64,000 bases of DNA from Acetobacteraceae bacterium (GTDB lineage Bacteria; Pseudomonadota; Alphaproteobacteria; Acetobacterales; Acetobacteraceae). Positions 1-9,791 of this stretch are shown here, in pieces. The stretch's first letter is position 1, and every line of letters starts with the position of its first letter. The notes under the pieces are model-generated. The model searched no databases. It worked only from the letters and a program-made list of their open reading frames with translations, and had not been told where the DNA came from. The stretch covers positions 6,275 through 70,274 of the forward strand of contig JAVBUO010000001.1 in the NCBI GenBank assembly GCA_031555315.1, in the 5' to 3' direction. A program made the position numbers and the translations under genes.

Positions 1-1104
1 GAAATACGCGCCGGGCAGCGGTTGCCCGGATGCGTCCGAGACCATGGCGATAACGGCCGCCAAATGCCCCTGCGCTCCGGCATTCAGAATCTCCAGAACC
101 GGCAGGATGGTGATGAAAATGGCCGCGAAAAGCTTGGCGACCTCGACGATCGGCGCCCAACTGAAATCGTTCGCCCGCCGGATGCTTTTAGGCGTCCACA
201 GAATCGAAGCCGTGGCCACCGCGCCCAGCAGCAACATGGCCAGCACGCGCTCCAGCCCGATCTTCTGCCCCCAGATTTCCACGTCGCCCGGCTGCCAGAC
301 GCCCTGCATCAGGACGACGCCGACGATCACCGCCAGCAACGCGATATTGCCGTAGCCGCGCATCCGCAGCCGCTTTCTGGCCGGCACGACACTGCCGGCG
401 GCGGCACGCCGATCGACGATGTAGAACAGCGCCAGCAGCAGTGCCACCGTCAGTCCGACGGGGGCCAGCATGTGTACCGTCGGCCAGAAGAACGGCACGC
501 CGCGCAGAAATCCGATATAAAGCGGCGGATCACCGAGCGGTGAAAGGCCGCCACCGACATTGGCGACCAGCAGGATGAAGAACACCACCAGATGCATCTT
601 GGCGGGCCGGTGCGCATTGGCGCGCAGCAACGGATGGATCAGCACCATCGCCGCCCCGGTCGTGCCCATGACGCTGGCGGCAACGGTACCGATCGCCAGC
701 AGCAGCGTGTTGCCCGCCGGCGTTCCCCATGGGCCGCCCGCCACCAATATCCCGCCGCCCACCACGAACAGCGCCAGCAACAGGGTCACGAACGGCAGGT
801 ATTCGATCAGCAGCGCATGCCAGACGGCTTGCATCGCTGTGTCCGCGCCGTAAATGTCCGACATCGGCAGCACCAGTGCGCACACCCACAGCAATGCCAC
901 CTTGCCGTAATGGCGGTGCCAGAACCGGTCGGCAAGCATCGGAAACAGTGCGATCGACAGCAGCAGCCCCACGAACGGTATGCCCCACAGCAGCGACAGC
1001 TCCGCCCCGTTCAGGGAAGCGGCTTCCGCCTGCTCGGGGAGAAAGAACGCGATGATACAAATGCCGATCCCGGCGGAATAACGTGACACGTGGCGTAGTT
1101 GCAT
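1..1104 (-). CDS. Na+/H+ antiporter-like permease (ArsB/NhaD/citrate-transporter superfamily); C-terminus runs off the left edge
   Basis: Absent from the ORF track because it has no stop inside the window. Hand translation of the minus strand from ATG 1104..1102 gives 368 uninterrupted codons: MQLRHVSRYSAGIGICIIAFFLPEQAEAASLNGAELSLLWGIPFVGLLLSIALFPMLADRFWHRHYGKVALLW... It is strongly hydrophobic and multi-pass. The + strand ORFs listed here are Arg/His-rich shadows. Confidence 0.75.
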   Translation of the reverse strand, partial: MQLRHVSRYSAGIGICIIAFFLPEQAEAASLNGAELSLLWGIPFVGLLLSIALFPMLADRFWHRHYGKVALLWVCALVLPMSDIYGADTAMQAVWHALLIEYLPFVTLLLALFVVGGGILVAGGPWGTPAGNTLLLAIGTVAASVMGTTGAAMVLIHPLLRANAHRPAKMHLVVFFILLVANVGGGLSPLGDPPLYIGFLRGVPFFWPTVHMLAPVGLTVALLLALFYIVDRRAAAGSVVPARKRLRMRGYGNIALLAVIVGVVLMQGVWQPGDVEIWGQKIGLERVLAMLLLGAVATASILWTPKSIRRANDFSWAPIVEVAKLFAAIFITILPVLEILNAGAQGHLAAVIAMVSDASGQPLPGAYF

Positions 1105-1161
1105 AGCCCCATAACTGCCCGTAACGTCGGCCAAAACGCAATCCCGGAGGACGACATTTAA

Positions 1162-1731
1162 ATGGAAATGACCGGCGAGCGCCTGATCGGCGCTTCGAAA
1201 CAGGCCGTGTGGGATGCGCTGAACGATCCGGCCATATTGCAGGCCTCAATCCCCGGTTGCGATTCCGTGGAAAAAACGTCCGACACCGACATGAAGGCCA
1301 CCGCGGCCGTGAAAATCGGGCCGATCTCGGCCAGGTTCGCCGGCAAGATGACCCTGACCGATCTCGACCCGCCCCACGGCTATACGATCAGCGGCGAGGG
1401 CCAGGGCGGCGTGGCGGGGTTCGCCAAAGGCAGCGCGCGCGTGCATCTGGAAGACGCCGAGGCCGGCGGCACGCGGATGACCTATGCGGTGAACGCGCAG
1501 GTCGGCGGAAAGATCGCGCAGCTCGGCGCGCGCCTGATCGACGCGACCGCCAAGAACATGGCCGACCAGTTCTTCGAACGCTTCGCCGCACAACTGGAAC
1601 CACAGTCTGCCGCGCAGGAATCTTCTGCTCCGGCCGCGCCCTCGTCTTCCGGCCTGTCGATGACCAGCTGGGTCGTCGTGCTGATCATCTTCACCCTGCT
1701 CGCCCTGTGGATCGGAAGGCTGCTGTCATGA
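1162..1731 (+). CDS. coxG: CoxG-family SRPBCC protein with C-terminal hydrophobic anchor
   Basis: ORF 1162..1731. CoxG-like sequence (KIGPISARFAGKMTLTDLDPPHGYTISGEGQGGVAGFAKG) with C-terminal TM segment WVVVLIIFTLLALWIG. GGAGG lies 11 nt upstream. The stop overlaps the next start (ATGA at 1728-1731). Confidence 0.8.
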   Translation: MEMTGERLIGASKQAVWDALNDPAILQASIPGCDSVEKTSDTDMKATAAVKIGPISARFAGKMTLTDLDPPHGYTISGEGQGGVAGFAKGSARVHLEDAEAGGTRMTYAVNAQVGGKIAQLGARLIDATAKNMADQFFERFAAQLEPQSAAQESSAPAAPSSSGLSMTSWVVVLIIFTLLALWIGRLLS

Positions 1732-2618
1732 TCCCTGCAACGGTCGCCGCCACGACAGAGCTGCTGCGTGCCCAGGGTTATGTCGCCGATACCGAGCTGG
1801 CGACGACGGTGCATCTGGCGCTTGCCATGCAGCGGCCGCTGTTTCTGGAAGGCGAGCCAGGCACCGGCAAGACCGAAATCGCCAGGGTTCTGGCCGCCGG
1901 TTTGGGGCGTCGGCTGCTGCGTCTGCAATGCTACGACGGACTGGATCTCGCCGGCGCTGCCTACGAATGGAATCACGCCCGCCAGCTGATGGCGATCCGT
2001 CTGGCCGAAGCCGCGGGCACCGCCGACGTCGCACGGCTGTCCTCGACGATCTACACCCGCGACTATCTGCTGGAACGCCCGCTTCTCGCCGCAATCGACG
2101 GACCGCCCGCGGTGCTGCTGATCGACGAACTCGATCGCGCCGACGAGCCGTTCGAGGCGTTTTTGCTGGAAGTCCTCGCCGATTTCCAGATCACCATTCC
2201 CGAACTGGGCACGATCAGCGCCGCCACACCCCCGATCGTGATCCTGACCTCGAACCGCACGCGCGAAGTGCACGATGCCGTGCGCCGCCGCTGCCTGTAT
2301 CATTGGATGGAATTTCCCGATGCGGCCCGTGAACGCGCGATCCTCGCGGTCAAGGCGGCGGATCTGCCCGCCAGACTGTCGGCGGAAATCGTTGCGTTCG
2401 TGCAGGGGCTGCGCGCATCGGAAAATCTGTTCAAACCGCCCGGCGTTGCCGAAACCATCGACTGGGCAGCCGCGCTGCGCCACCTCGACACACACGAGCT
2501 CACCCCGGCGCGCGTCGATGAAACATTGGGCGCGCTGCTGAAATACCAGGACGACATCGCGCGCATCCGCGGCGCCGAGGTCGCACGGCTGGTGGCCAAT
2601 GCACAACACGCCGCATGA
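1728..2618 (+). CDS. coxD: MoxR-type AAA+ ATPase (CoxD-like)
   Basis: Internal ATG 1728 of ORF 1209..2618; the upstream part is Arg-rich shadow. Walker A GEPGTGKT, Walker B LLIDELD, and a typical MoxR C-terminal half. Confidence 0.85.
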   Translation: MIPATVAATTELLRAQGYVADTELATTVHLALAMQRPLFLEGEPGTGKTEIARVLAAGLGRRLLRLQCYDGLDLAGAAYEWNHARQLMAIRLAEAAGTADVARLSSTIYTRDYLLERPLLAAIDGPPAVLLIDELDRADEPFEAFLLEVLADFQITIPELGTISAATPPIVILTSNRTREVHDAVRRRCLYHWMEFPDAARERAILAVKAADLPARLSAEIVAFVQGLRASENLFKPPGVAETIDWAAALRHLDTHELTPARVDETLGALLKYQDDIARIRGAEVARLVANAQHAA

Positions 2619-3798
2619 ACAGGGGCATTTCGCCGCCAACGTCATGCAGTTCGCGCATCTGTTGCGCCGCGCCGGGTTGCCGGTAGGGCCGGCGGAAACC
2701 CTAGCGGCGCAGCAGGCGTTGCTGTGCGTCGATATCGCCAGCCGCCGGCAATGCAGGACGGCGCTACTGGCTACCCTCACCCATCGCCATGAACACGCCG
2801 AAGTTTTCACGCAGGCGTTCGACCTGTTCTGGCGCGCCCCCGATGCCGCCCGGCATGCCGGGATCGCCGCCCTGCTCGACGGGTTGCGCGACGATCCCGC
2901 CAAACCGCCGCCGACCGCCCGGCGGGTGGCCGAGGCGCTTTCCGATCGCCCGCATCAGAAACACGACCGTCCGCCCGAACCCGCCGCCGACATGACGATG
3001 ACGGTCAGCGCCGCCGAACGGCTGCAACAGATGGACTTCGAGGCGATGAGCGCTGCAGACATCGCCGCCGCCAAGCGCGAGATCCGCCGTCTGCGCCTGC
3101 CGCTGAACCGCCGCCCGACCCGGCGCTTCCGCCCGGCGACGCGCGGTGCGCGGTTGGATCTCCGTGCGACGATCGGCGCCAGCCTGCACACCGGCGGAGA
3201 GGTTCTGAAAATCCTGCACGCCCGCCGGCGCACGCGCCCGCCCCCACTGGTGGTGTTGTGCGACATTTCCGGGTCGATGGCGCGTTATGCGCAGATCCTG
3301 CTGCATTTTCTGCACGCCGCCGCGAACGACCGCGACCGGGTGCACATCTTTCTGTTCGGCACGCGGCTGACCAACATCACCCGGCAGTTGCGTCAGCGCG
3401 ATCCGGAAACCGCTTTCGAACTGGTCTCGCACATCGTGCCGGACTGGTCCGGCGGCACACGCATCGGCGAGGCGATTTCGACCTTCAACCGGCACTGGGC
3501 GCGGCGCGTTCTGGGTCAGGGTGCGATCGTGCTGCTGATCACCGACGGGCTGGACCGCGAAGGTGCACACGGATTGCCGGAGGCGATGGAACGCCTGCAC
3601 AAATCCTGCCGCTGGTTGATCTGGCTGAATCCGCTGTTGCGCTGGGACGGGTTCGAGCCAAAATCCCAGGGGATCCGCGCCATGCTGCCGCATGTCGACG
3701 ACTTTCGCCCGGTGCACAATCTTTCCAGTCTGCAGACGCTGATCTCGCTGCTGTCGTCGCCGCCGCTACCGCGTGGAACCACCAGGAGGGCCGCATGA
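2599..3798 (+). CDS. coxE: VWA-domain protein, CoxE family
   Basis: ORF 2599..3798. CoxE-like N-terminus FAHLLRRAGLPVGP and a MIDAS-type motif LCDISGSMARY. It overlaps the coxD end by 20 nt; ATG 2644 is an alternative start. Confidence 0.85.
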   Translation: MHNTPHEQGHFAANVMQFAHLLRRAGLPVGPAETLAAQQALLCVDIASRRQCRTALLATLTHRHEHAEVFTQAFDLFWRAPDAARHAGIAALLDGLRDDPAKPPPTARRVAEALSDRPHQKHDRPPEPAADMTMTVSAAERLQQMDFEAMSAADIAAAKREIRRLRLPLNRRPTRRFRPATRGARLDLRATIGASLHTGGEVLKILHARRRTRPPPLVVLCDISGSMARYAQILLHFLHAAANDRDRVHIFLFGTRLTNITRQLRQRDPETAFELVSHIVPDWSGGTRIGEAISTFNRHWARRVLGQGAIVLLITDGLDREGAHGLPEAMERLHKSCRWLIWLNPLLRWDGFEPKSQGIRAMLPHVDDFRPVHNLSSLQTLISLLSSPPLPRGTTRRAA

Positions 3799-4118
3799 GA
3801 ACCGATCCGGAAAATATCCTGACCATTGCCGCGCAATGGCATGCCGAAGGCGAAGACGTGGCGATCGCCACCGTCACCGAAACCTGGGGATCATCCCCAC
3901 GTCCGGCAGGCAGCCAGATGGCGGTCACCAAATCCGGCCGTATGGCGGGATCGGTCTCGGGCGGGTGCATCGAAGGCGCGGTGGCCGACGCAGCGATGAA
4001 AACGATCGCAACCGGCACACCCCAGTTGCTCGATTTCGGGATCACCAACGAACGCGCCTGGGAAGTGGGGCTGGCCTGCGGCGGCAAGCTGAAAGTCTTC
4101 GTGGAGCGCCTGGCATGA
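3795..4118 (+). CDS. XdhC/CoxI-family accessory protein, N-terminal-domain-only (107 aa)
   Basis: Internal ATG 3795 of ORF 3258..4118. XdhC_CoxI-type sequence TETWGSSPRPAGSQMAV...GSVSGGCIEGAV. ATGA overlap with the coxE stop. Confidence 0.75.
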   Translation: MRTDPENILTIAAQWHAEGEDVAIATVTETWGSSPRPAGSQMAVTKSGRMAGSVSGGCIEGAVADAAMKTIATGTPQLLDFGITNERAWEVGLACGGKLKVFVERLA

Positions 4119-4813
4119 CCCCCGATCTGCTCTCCGCACTGCAGGTCGCCAAAGCCATGGGCCGCCCCGTCGTGCTGGCCACCGTACTGAGCGACGGCAC
4201 GCAGCGGCTATTGCCCGACCCGGACGCACCCGCGACCTGGAACGCCGCCGCCGACGCGGCGCTGCATCACGACCGCAGCGCCACGGTGGAACTCGACGGG
4301 CAACCGGTTTTTCTCCACGTGCACAACCCACCGCTGCGGCTGGCGATCGTGGGTGCGGTGCATATCGCACAGGCACTGGTGCCGTTTAGCGCTACGCTCG
4401 GCCTGGCAGTGACGGTGATCGATCCGCGCCGCGCTTTTGCCAGCACCGAACGCTTCCCGGGCCTGAGCGTTTCCACCCAGTGGCCGGACGATGCGATGCG
4501 CGCCTTCGCGCCCGACACGCGCTCGGCAGTCGTCACCTTGACGCACGACCCCAAGCTCGACGATCCAGCGCTGGATCTGGCGCTGCGTTCACCCGCCTTT
4601 TACATCGGCGCGCTCGGGTCGCGGAAAACCCATGCGGCGCGCTGTGCGCGGCTGCGCGCGCTCGGGCACGACGACGCCGCGCTGGCACGTATTCGCGGTC
4701 CCGTTGGGCTGGACATCGCCGCCGTCACCGCACCCGAGATCGCGGTTTCGATCATAGCGGAAATCGTTGCCGCGCATCGCGGTGCGGCGCTTGCCCGAAA
4801 GGGTGCTGCATGA
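4115..4813 (+). CDS. XdhC-family accessory protein with Rossmann-like C-terminal domain
   Basis: Internal ATG 4115 of ORF 3773..4813. Motifs LAIVGAVHIAQAL, THDPKLDDPAL and YIGALGSRKTHAAR. ATGA overlap with the preceding gene. Confidence 0.8.
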   Translation: MTPDLLSALQVAKAMGRPVVLATVLSDGTQRLLPDPDAPATWNAAADAALHHDRSATVELDGQPVFLHVHNPPLRLAIVGAVHIAQALVPFSATLGLAVTVIDPRRAFASTERFPGLSVSTQWPDDAMRAFAPDTRSAVVTLTHDPKLDDPALDLALRSPAFYIGALGSRKTHAARCARLRALGHDDAALARIRGPVGLDIAAVTAPEIAVSIIAEIVAAHRGAALARKGAA

Positions 4814-6459
4814 TCTTCGGCGCATGCGCACTGACCGATGCAGTGGGTGCCATTCTTGCGCATTCGCAGCGCATCGGGGACCGCGTGCTGAAGAAGGGCA
4901 CACTGCTCGACCGCGATGCGCTGGACGCCCTGCAACAGGCCGGCATCAACCAGGTGATCGTCGCGCGCCCCGAAGCCGGCGATGTCGGCGAGAACGTCGC
5001 CGCCGAACGTATCGGTATGGCGCTTGCCACCGCGCATGTCCGCCCCACGCCCGCCTTCACCGGCCGCGTCAACCTGGCGGCCGCGGCGGCGGGACTGCTG
5101 AGTATCGACACGGAATACGTACACCGGCTGAACATGCTGGATCAGGCGATCACGCTGGCCACGCTGGCAGATGCCAGCGTCGTGATGCAGGGCGAGATGA
5201 TCGCCACCATCAAGATCATCCCGTTCGCCGTGTCCGAATCGGTGCTCGCCGCAGCGGACGCGCTGCTCCGGGAAGCCGCGCCGGTCCTGCAGGTGCATTC
5301 TTTTCGCCCGCTGCGCACGGGCCTGGTGCTCTGCACCGCGCCGGGTCTGAAAGACAGCGTGCTGGAAGGCACCGAAGCCGCCACGCAGGCGCGCATCACC
5401 GCACTGGGCGGCACCCTGCTGCCGGCACGCCAGGCCGCGCATACCGAAGCGGCCATTGCCGACGCGTTACGCCAGTTGCTGGACGACGGCGCCGAACTGC
5501 TGCTGGTCGCTGGGGCTGCCGCCGTTGCCGACCGGCACGACATCGCGCCCGCCGCCATCCAGCAGGCCGGCGGCGAGATCCTGCATTTCGGCATGCCGGT
5601 CGACCCCGGCAATCTGCTCTGTCTGGGGTCTCTGCGGACATGCCCGGCCGTCATCCTGCCCGGGTGCGCGCGCAGCCCGAAGCTGAACGGGATCGATTTC
5701 GTGCTGCGCCGGATCTTCGCCGGCCTGCCGGTCTCAAGCGCCGATATCATGCGCATGGGCGTCGGCGGGCTATTGAAGGAAACCGATGCCCGCCCGACGC
5801 CGCGCGCGCAGGTTCGGCATGCGCAAGCGCCCGCACACAAACCGCCGCCGGCCGTCGATGCGCTGGTGCTGGCGGCGGGCCGCTCGCAGCGCATGGCGCC
5901 ATACAACAAGCTGCTGCTTGCCGATCATGAAGGTGTGCCGCTGATCGCCCACACGGTCGGCCGGATGCTGGCCAGCAAGGCACAGCGTGTATGGGTCGTG
6001 GTCGGGCATCAGGAAGACGGCATCCGCCGGGCGCTGACCGGCTACGATGTTCGCTTCGTGCGCGCCTTTGATCATGCACAGGGGCTGTCGGCCAGTCTGC
6101 GCGCCGGCATCGCCGCCCTGCCCGCCGACAGCGATGCCGCGCTGATCTGTCTGGGGGATATGCCGCTGGTTTCGGCGGACGAGGTCGATGCACTGATCGG
6201 GCATTTCGCGCCGGAGGAAAATCGCGCCATCATTCAACCCGTCCGGCTGGGGAAACGCGGTAATCCTGTACTTTTTGCGCGTCGCTTCTATCCGGAGATC
6301 ATGGCGCTTTCCGGCGACACCGGTGCACGGCATCTGCTTGTCGACCACGCCGAATTCGTCGCCGATATCGAAATGAAAACCGACGCCGTGTTACAGGATT
6401 TCGATACGGCACAAACGCTGTCTGCCCTGCCCTGGCCGGTTCAGATGCCCGGATTGTAA
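4810..6459 (+). CDS. Fusion of a molybdopterin-binding (MoeA/CinA-like) domain and a MobA/MocA-like nucleotidyltransferase
   Basis: Internal ATG 4810 of ORF 4480..6459. The C-terminal half carries LVLAAGRSQRM...CLGDMPLV, typical of MocA/MobA NTP-transferases. ATGA overlap with the preceding gene. Confidence 0.8.
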   Translation: MIFGACALTDAVGAILAHSQRIGDRVLKKGTLLDRDALDALQQAGINQVIVARPEAGDVGENVAAERIGMALATAHVRPTPAFTGRVNLAAAAAGLLSIDTEYVHRLNMLDQAITLATLADASVVMQGEMIATIKIIPFAVSESVLAAADALLREAAPVLQVHSFRPLRTGLVLCTAPGLKDSVLEGTEAATQARITALGGTLLPARQAAHTEAAIADALRQLLDDGAELLLVAGAAAVADRHDIAPAAIQQAGGEILHFGMPVDPGNLLCLGSLRTCPAVILPGCARSPKLNGIDFVLRRIFAGLPVSSADIMRMGVGGLLKETDARPTPRAQVRHAQAPAHKPPPAVDALVLAAGRSQRMAPYNKLLLADHEGVPLIAHTVGRMLASKAQRVWVVVGHQEDGIRRALTGYDVRFVRAFDHAQGLSASLRAGIAALPADSDAALICLGDMPLVSADEVDALIGHFAPEENRAIIQPVRLGKRGNPVLFARRFYPEIMALSGDTGARHLLVDHAEFVADIEMKTDAVLQDFDTAQTLSALPWPVQMPGL

Positions 6460-6563
6460 TCTGAAGATGCCTTATATCTCTCTACCAAGAGTTTCCCCTT
6501 TCACCTGAATTGCTTTAGACAGATTACTCTGTTTTCCTTGTCCGCCGGTTTTTGGAGCCACAC

Positions 6564-6917
6564 ATGATTCGCGCCTCTTTCCTCGCCTCGCTGGCCCTGT
6601 TGACGGTTGCCGTCGCCGGGTGCGCGCAGCAGGCACAACCCACGGCAGCGGTCCGCAGCCCGCAGGATGCCGCGTCCCTGACCGCATGCCGCGAACGGGT
6701 CGACGGTGTTCTTGCCCAGCGTGACCGTGCGTTGCTCTACACCGACGACGCCAACGCCCAACGCAACATGAACGGCCGCGGCGACCCGACCGTCGACATC
6801 AATCGTCTGGCGCGCCGTTACGAGCGCGACCGTCAGGTCGACGATTGCATGCGCAGTCCCCAGAGCGTCGATCCCCAGCCTGCGAACGAGCCCGCGCCGG
6901 TCATCATCCGCCGCTGA
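6564..6917 (+). CDS. Hypothetical lipoprotein
   Basis: ATG 6564 inside ORF 6552..6917 (6552 is TTG), with GGAG upstream. Signal peptide with lipobox LTVAVAG-C. Confidence 0.6.
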   Translation: MIRASFLASLALLTVAVAGCAQQAQPTAAVRSPQDAASLTACRERVDGVLAQRDRALLYTDDANAQRNMNGRGDPTVDINRLARRYERDRQVDDCMRSPQSVDPQPANEPAPVIIRR

Positions 6918-6941
6918 TCGCGCGCCAAGCCACCCGTATTC

Positions 6942-8180
6942 GTGGCCAGGCTTTCGGCAATCCGCAGCACGCTTGCGCATCGTAACGCGCAGGTTTTCTT
7001 CGCCACCTCGCTCATCGCGTGGACCGGCATGTGGATGCAGCGGATTGCCGTCATGTGGGTCGCCTGGGAACTGACCGCCTCGCCTTTCTGGGTCGGTCTC
7101 GTCGCATTCAGCGACCTGTTTCCGGCCGTCCTCGCATCGCCCGTCGCCGGCGCGCTGGCCGACCGGGTGGACCGCATGCGTCTGGCCAGTCTTACGCAAC
7201 TTGTCGCCGCAGCGCATGCGGTGGTCATGACGGCGCTGGTCGTCACCGGTCTGATTTCGATCTGGCTGCTGTTGGCATTGACGATCGTCCTGGGAATCAA
7301 CAACTCGGCAGCACAACCGGCGCGCCAGAGCCTGATCCCCAGTCTGGTGCCGCACGCCGATCTGCCGGCGGCGATCGCCCTCAATGCGCTGACCTACAAC
7401 GTGTCGCGTTTCATCGGCCCGGCGCTGGCCGGGGTGTTGCTTGCCTATATGGGCGTGGCGGTGACGATCGCGGTGAACGGTGTGTTCTATCTGGTCGCCT
7501 GCTGGGCGACACAGGCCCTGCGTCCCGCCCCCGTGCCAGCCCGGCAGCAGCAATCCACTGCCAGCGGCCTCATGCAGGAAACCCTGGAAGGCGTCCGTTA
7601 TGCGGCGCGCCATGTCGGCATCGGTCCGCTGTTCGCCTACGCCGCCATGCTGGGCCTGCTGGCGCGGGTGATCCCGGAAGTGCTGCCGCCGTTCGTCGAA
7701 CAGGTGTTCGAACGCGGCGTCGACGGGCTGGCGATCCTGACCAGCGTGATGGGGGTTTGCTCGATCCTCAGCGGCACGGCGATCGCGGCCCGCGGACGTC
7801 TGCAGGGGCTGACGCAGATGTCGATCATGGCCGGCATCGCGATGGCTGCGGCCTGCGCGGGTTTCGTCGCCACCACGTCCTTTGCCGTGGGCATCGTCTG
7901 CGCCGGACTGCTGAGCGGCACCATCACCATCCACGGCATCGCTATACAAACGCTGGCGCAGGCTTCCTGCGACGCACACATGCATGGCCGCGTGGTCAGC
8001 CTGTGGGGAATGATCACCCGCGCCGCGCCGGCACTGGGCGCATTGGGCTTCGGCACGTTTTCCAGCATGTTCGGTCTGCGTGCCCCTGTCTTGGTGCTGT
8101 CCGGCCTGTGTGCCATGATCTGGTTCTGGGGAATGACACGTCTGCCGCACCTGACGGCGGCGCTCGAACAAAAGGACTGA
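6942..8180 (+). CDS. MFS transporter (EntS/MFS_3-like)
   Basis: ORF 6942..8180 (GTG start). About 12 hydrophobic helices and the motif SPVAGALADRVDRMRL after TM2. Confidence 0.8.
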   Translation: MARLSAIRSTLAHRNAQVFFATSLIAWTGMWMQRIAVMWVAWELTASPFWVGLVAFSDLFPAVLASPVAGALADRVDRMRLASLTQLVAAAHAVVMTALVVTGLISIWLLLALTIVLGINNSAAQPARQSLIPSLVPHADLPAAIALNALTYNVSRFIGPALAGVLLAYMGVAVTIAVNGVFYLVACWATQALRPAPVPARQQQSTASGLMQETLEGVRYAARHVGIGPLFAYAAMLGLLARVIPEVLPPFVEQVFERGVDGLAILTSVMGVCSILSGTAIAARGRLQGLTQMSIMAGIAMAAACAGFVATTSFAVGIVCAGLLSGTITIHGIAIQTLAQASCDAHMHGRVVSLWGMITRAAPALGALGFGTFSSMFGLRAPVLVLSGLCAMIWFWGMTRLPHLTAALEQKD

Positions 8181-8182
8181 GC

Positions 8183-9163
8183 ATGCTGGATGCAGCCATC
8201 GTCGGGATCGGCGGCCGTTGGGCGCAGATACTGGTCGACAGCGTACAGAACACACAAGCCGCGGGAATCCGATTCGTCACCGGATGCACGCGCACCCGCG
8301 CCAAGGCGGAGGAATTCGCCAACACCCGCAATATTCGCCTGCTGGACGATTACGATGCGATTTTGCGCGACCCTGCGGTGAAAGCCGTGGTCCTGGCAAC
8401 GCCGCATTCGCAGCATGCCGAACAGGTGATCGCAGCGGCGCGCGCCGGAAAACACGTGTTCGTGGAAAAACCCTTCACGCTCGACAAAGCCTCGGCCGAA
8501 GCCGCGGTGCAGGCCTGCCGCGCTGCCGGCGTGGTGCTGGCGCTCGGCCACAACCGCCGCTTCCTGCCGGCCGTGGCCGAGATGAAGCGGCTGATCGCCG
8601 AAGGGACGCTCGGCACACTCTGCCATGTCGAGGGCCATTTCAGCGGTCCTGGCGCCGCCAACTACAAGCCCGGCATGTGGCGCGCCGACCGTCACGAATC
8701 GCCGCTGGGCGCGATGGGCGGCATGGGCATTCACATGATCGACATGATGATCAACACGGCGGGCCGCTTCGCCGAGGTCACCGTGCACAGCAGCGCGCGC
8801 GTATTGCAGGGCACGATCGACGACACCACCGCCATGCTCTGCCGCTTTGAGAGCGGCGCCAGCGGCACCTTCGCAACACTCGCCGCCACGGCGCGCTGCT
8901 GGCGGCTGGCGCTGTTCGGGTCGCGCGGCTGGCTGGAACTGAACGGCCATGAAACGCTGAACTGGACGCCGGTCGAGGGCGCAGGCTGGAGCCGGCATTT
9001 CCCGCAAGGCAATATCGAATGCGCCGAACTGGCCGCGTTCTCCACGGCGGCGACCGGCGGGCCCGCCTATCCGCTGCCGCCGGAGGATGCCATACACGGG
9101 GCATCCGTGTTCGAGGCGATGATCGTCTCGGCGATGACCGGCACGACCAAACGGGTTCTTTAG
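8183..9163 (+). CDS. Gfo/Idh/MocA-family NAD(P)-dependent oxidoreductase
   Basis: Internal ATG 8183 of ORF 7019..9163, 2 nt after the MFS stop. Rossmann N-terminus AIVGIGGRWA and the family motif KHVFVEKPF. Confidence 0.85.
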   Translation: MLDAAIVGIGGRWAQILVDSVQNTQAAGIRFVTGCTRTRAKAEEFANTRNIRLLDDYDAILRDPAVKAVVLATPHSQHAEQVIAAARAGKHVFVEKPFTLDKASAEAAVQACRAAGVVLALGHNRRFLPAVAEMKRLIAEGTLGTLCHVEGHFSGPGAANYKPGMWRADRHESPLGAMGGMGIHMIDMMINTAGRFAEVTVHSSARVLQGTIDDTTAMLCRFESGASGTFATLAATARCWRLALFGSRGWLELNGHETLNWTPVEGAGWSRHFPQGNIECAELAAFSTAATGGPAYPLPPEDAIHGASVFEAMIVSAMTGTTKRVL

Positions 9164-9186
9164 AAATCTGCAGGACAGGGAAAACC

Positions 9187-9537
9187 ATGAGCAAAATTAT
9201 ACGAACGGACGCAGGCAAGATCCTCTCGAAAGCGGTCGAATACCACGGCTTCGTCTATCTGCCCGGCGTCGTTGCCAGCGATCTGACTCAGGATATCAAG
9301 GGGCAGACCGCTCAGGTTCTCGCCGGCATCGACGAGGCACTGGAAATCCACGGCACCGACAAGACCCGCCTGCTGCAGGCGCAGATCTGGCTGAAGAACA
9401 TGAACGACCGCGCTGCCATGAACGAGTTGTGGGCGGCGTGGCTGCCAGCCGGCGGCGCGCCGGTACGCGCCTGTGTGGAAGCCAATATGGCCGATCCGCG
9501 CATGCTGGTTGAGATCATGATTACCGCCTGCAAGTAA
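9187..9537 (+). CDS. RidA/YjgF-family protein
   Basis: Internal ATG 9187 of ORF 9019..9537. 116 aa with typical family length and C-terminal motif VRACVEA...VEIMITA. Confidence 0.8.
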   Translation: MSKIIRTDAGKILSKAVEYHGFVYLPGVVASDLTQDIKGQTAQVLAGIDEALEIHGTDKTRLLQAQIWLKNMNDRAAMNELWAAWLPAGGAPVRACVEANMADPRMLVEIMITACK

Positions 9538-9571
9538 ACAGATAGTAATCTATCGCTTATGCGGTTATGGT

Positions 9572-9617
9572 GGGAGGTTTCCGGGACCGAGTCCTAAGGA
9601 ATCCTCCCGCCTTTTCT
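9572..9617 (+). terminator. Putative intrinsic terminator after ridA
   Basis: Hairpin GGGAGGTTTCC...GGAATCCTCCC (10 of 11 bp) followed by GCCTTTTCT. The U-tract is weak. Confidence 0.5.
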
Positions 9618-9791
9618 ATGGGGATCGCCTCATTTACGCCCCATTCGGTTTTTTTTCCCATGTAGTTTTTTGTTTCGGTTCCAATTATGGAAAACTTTAC
9701 CCGCAAGAGGGAAAATGAGATTTCCCGTTATTGCGGTACGCTGAACACAGTCGGTATCAGCGTCGAGACATTTTGAGTGAGGAGTAGCTGT

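Noticed and set aside
1162-6459. Inferring aerobic CO oxidation from the cox-named genes.
   Set aside because: Only accessory and maturation genes are present. The same set accompanies many xanthine-dehydrogenase-family enzymes, so no substrate can be inferred.
9610-9791. Long AT-rich leader, with small hairpins such as GGGAAA-ATGAGA-TTTCCC, upstream of the CHAP hydrolase gene as a possible riboswitch or sRNA.
   Set aside because: I cannot match it to any riboswitch consensus I know. The hairpins are short, and a covariance-model scan would be needed before claiming anything.
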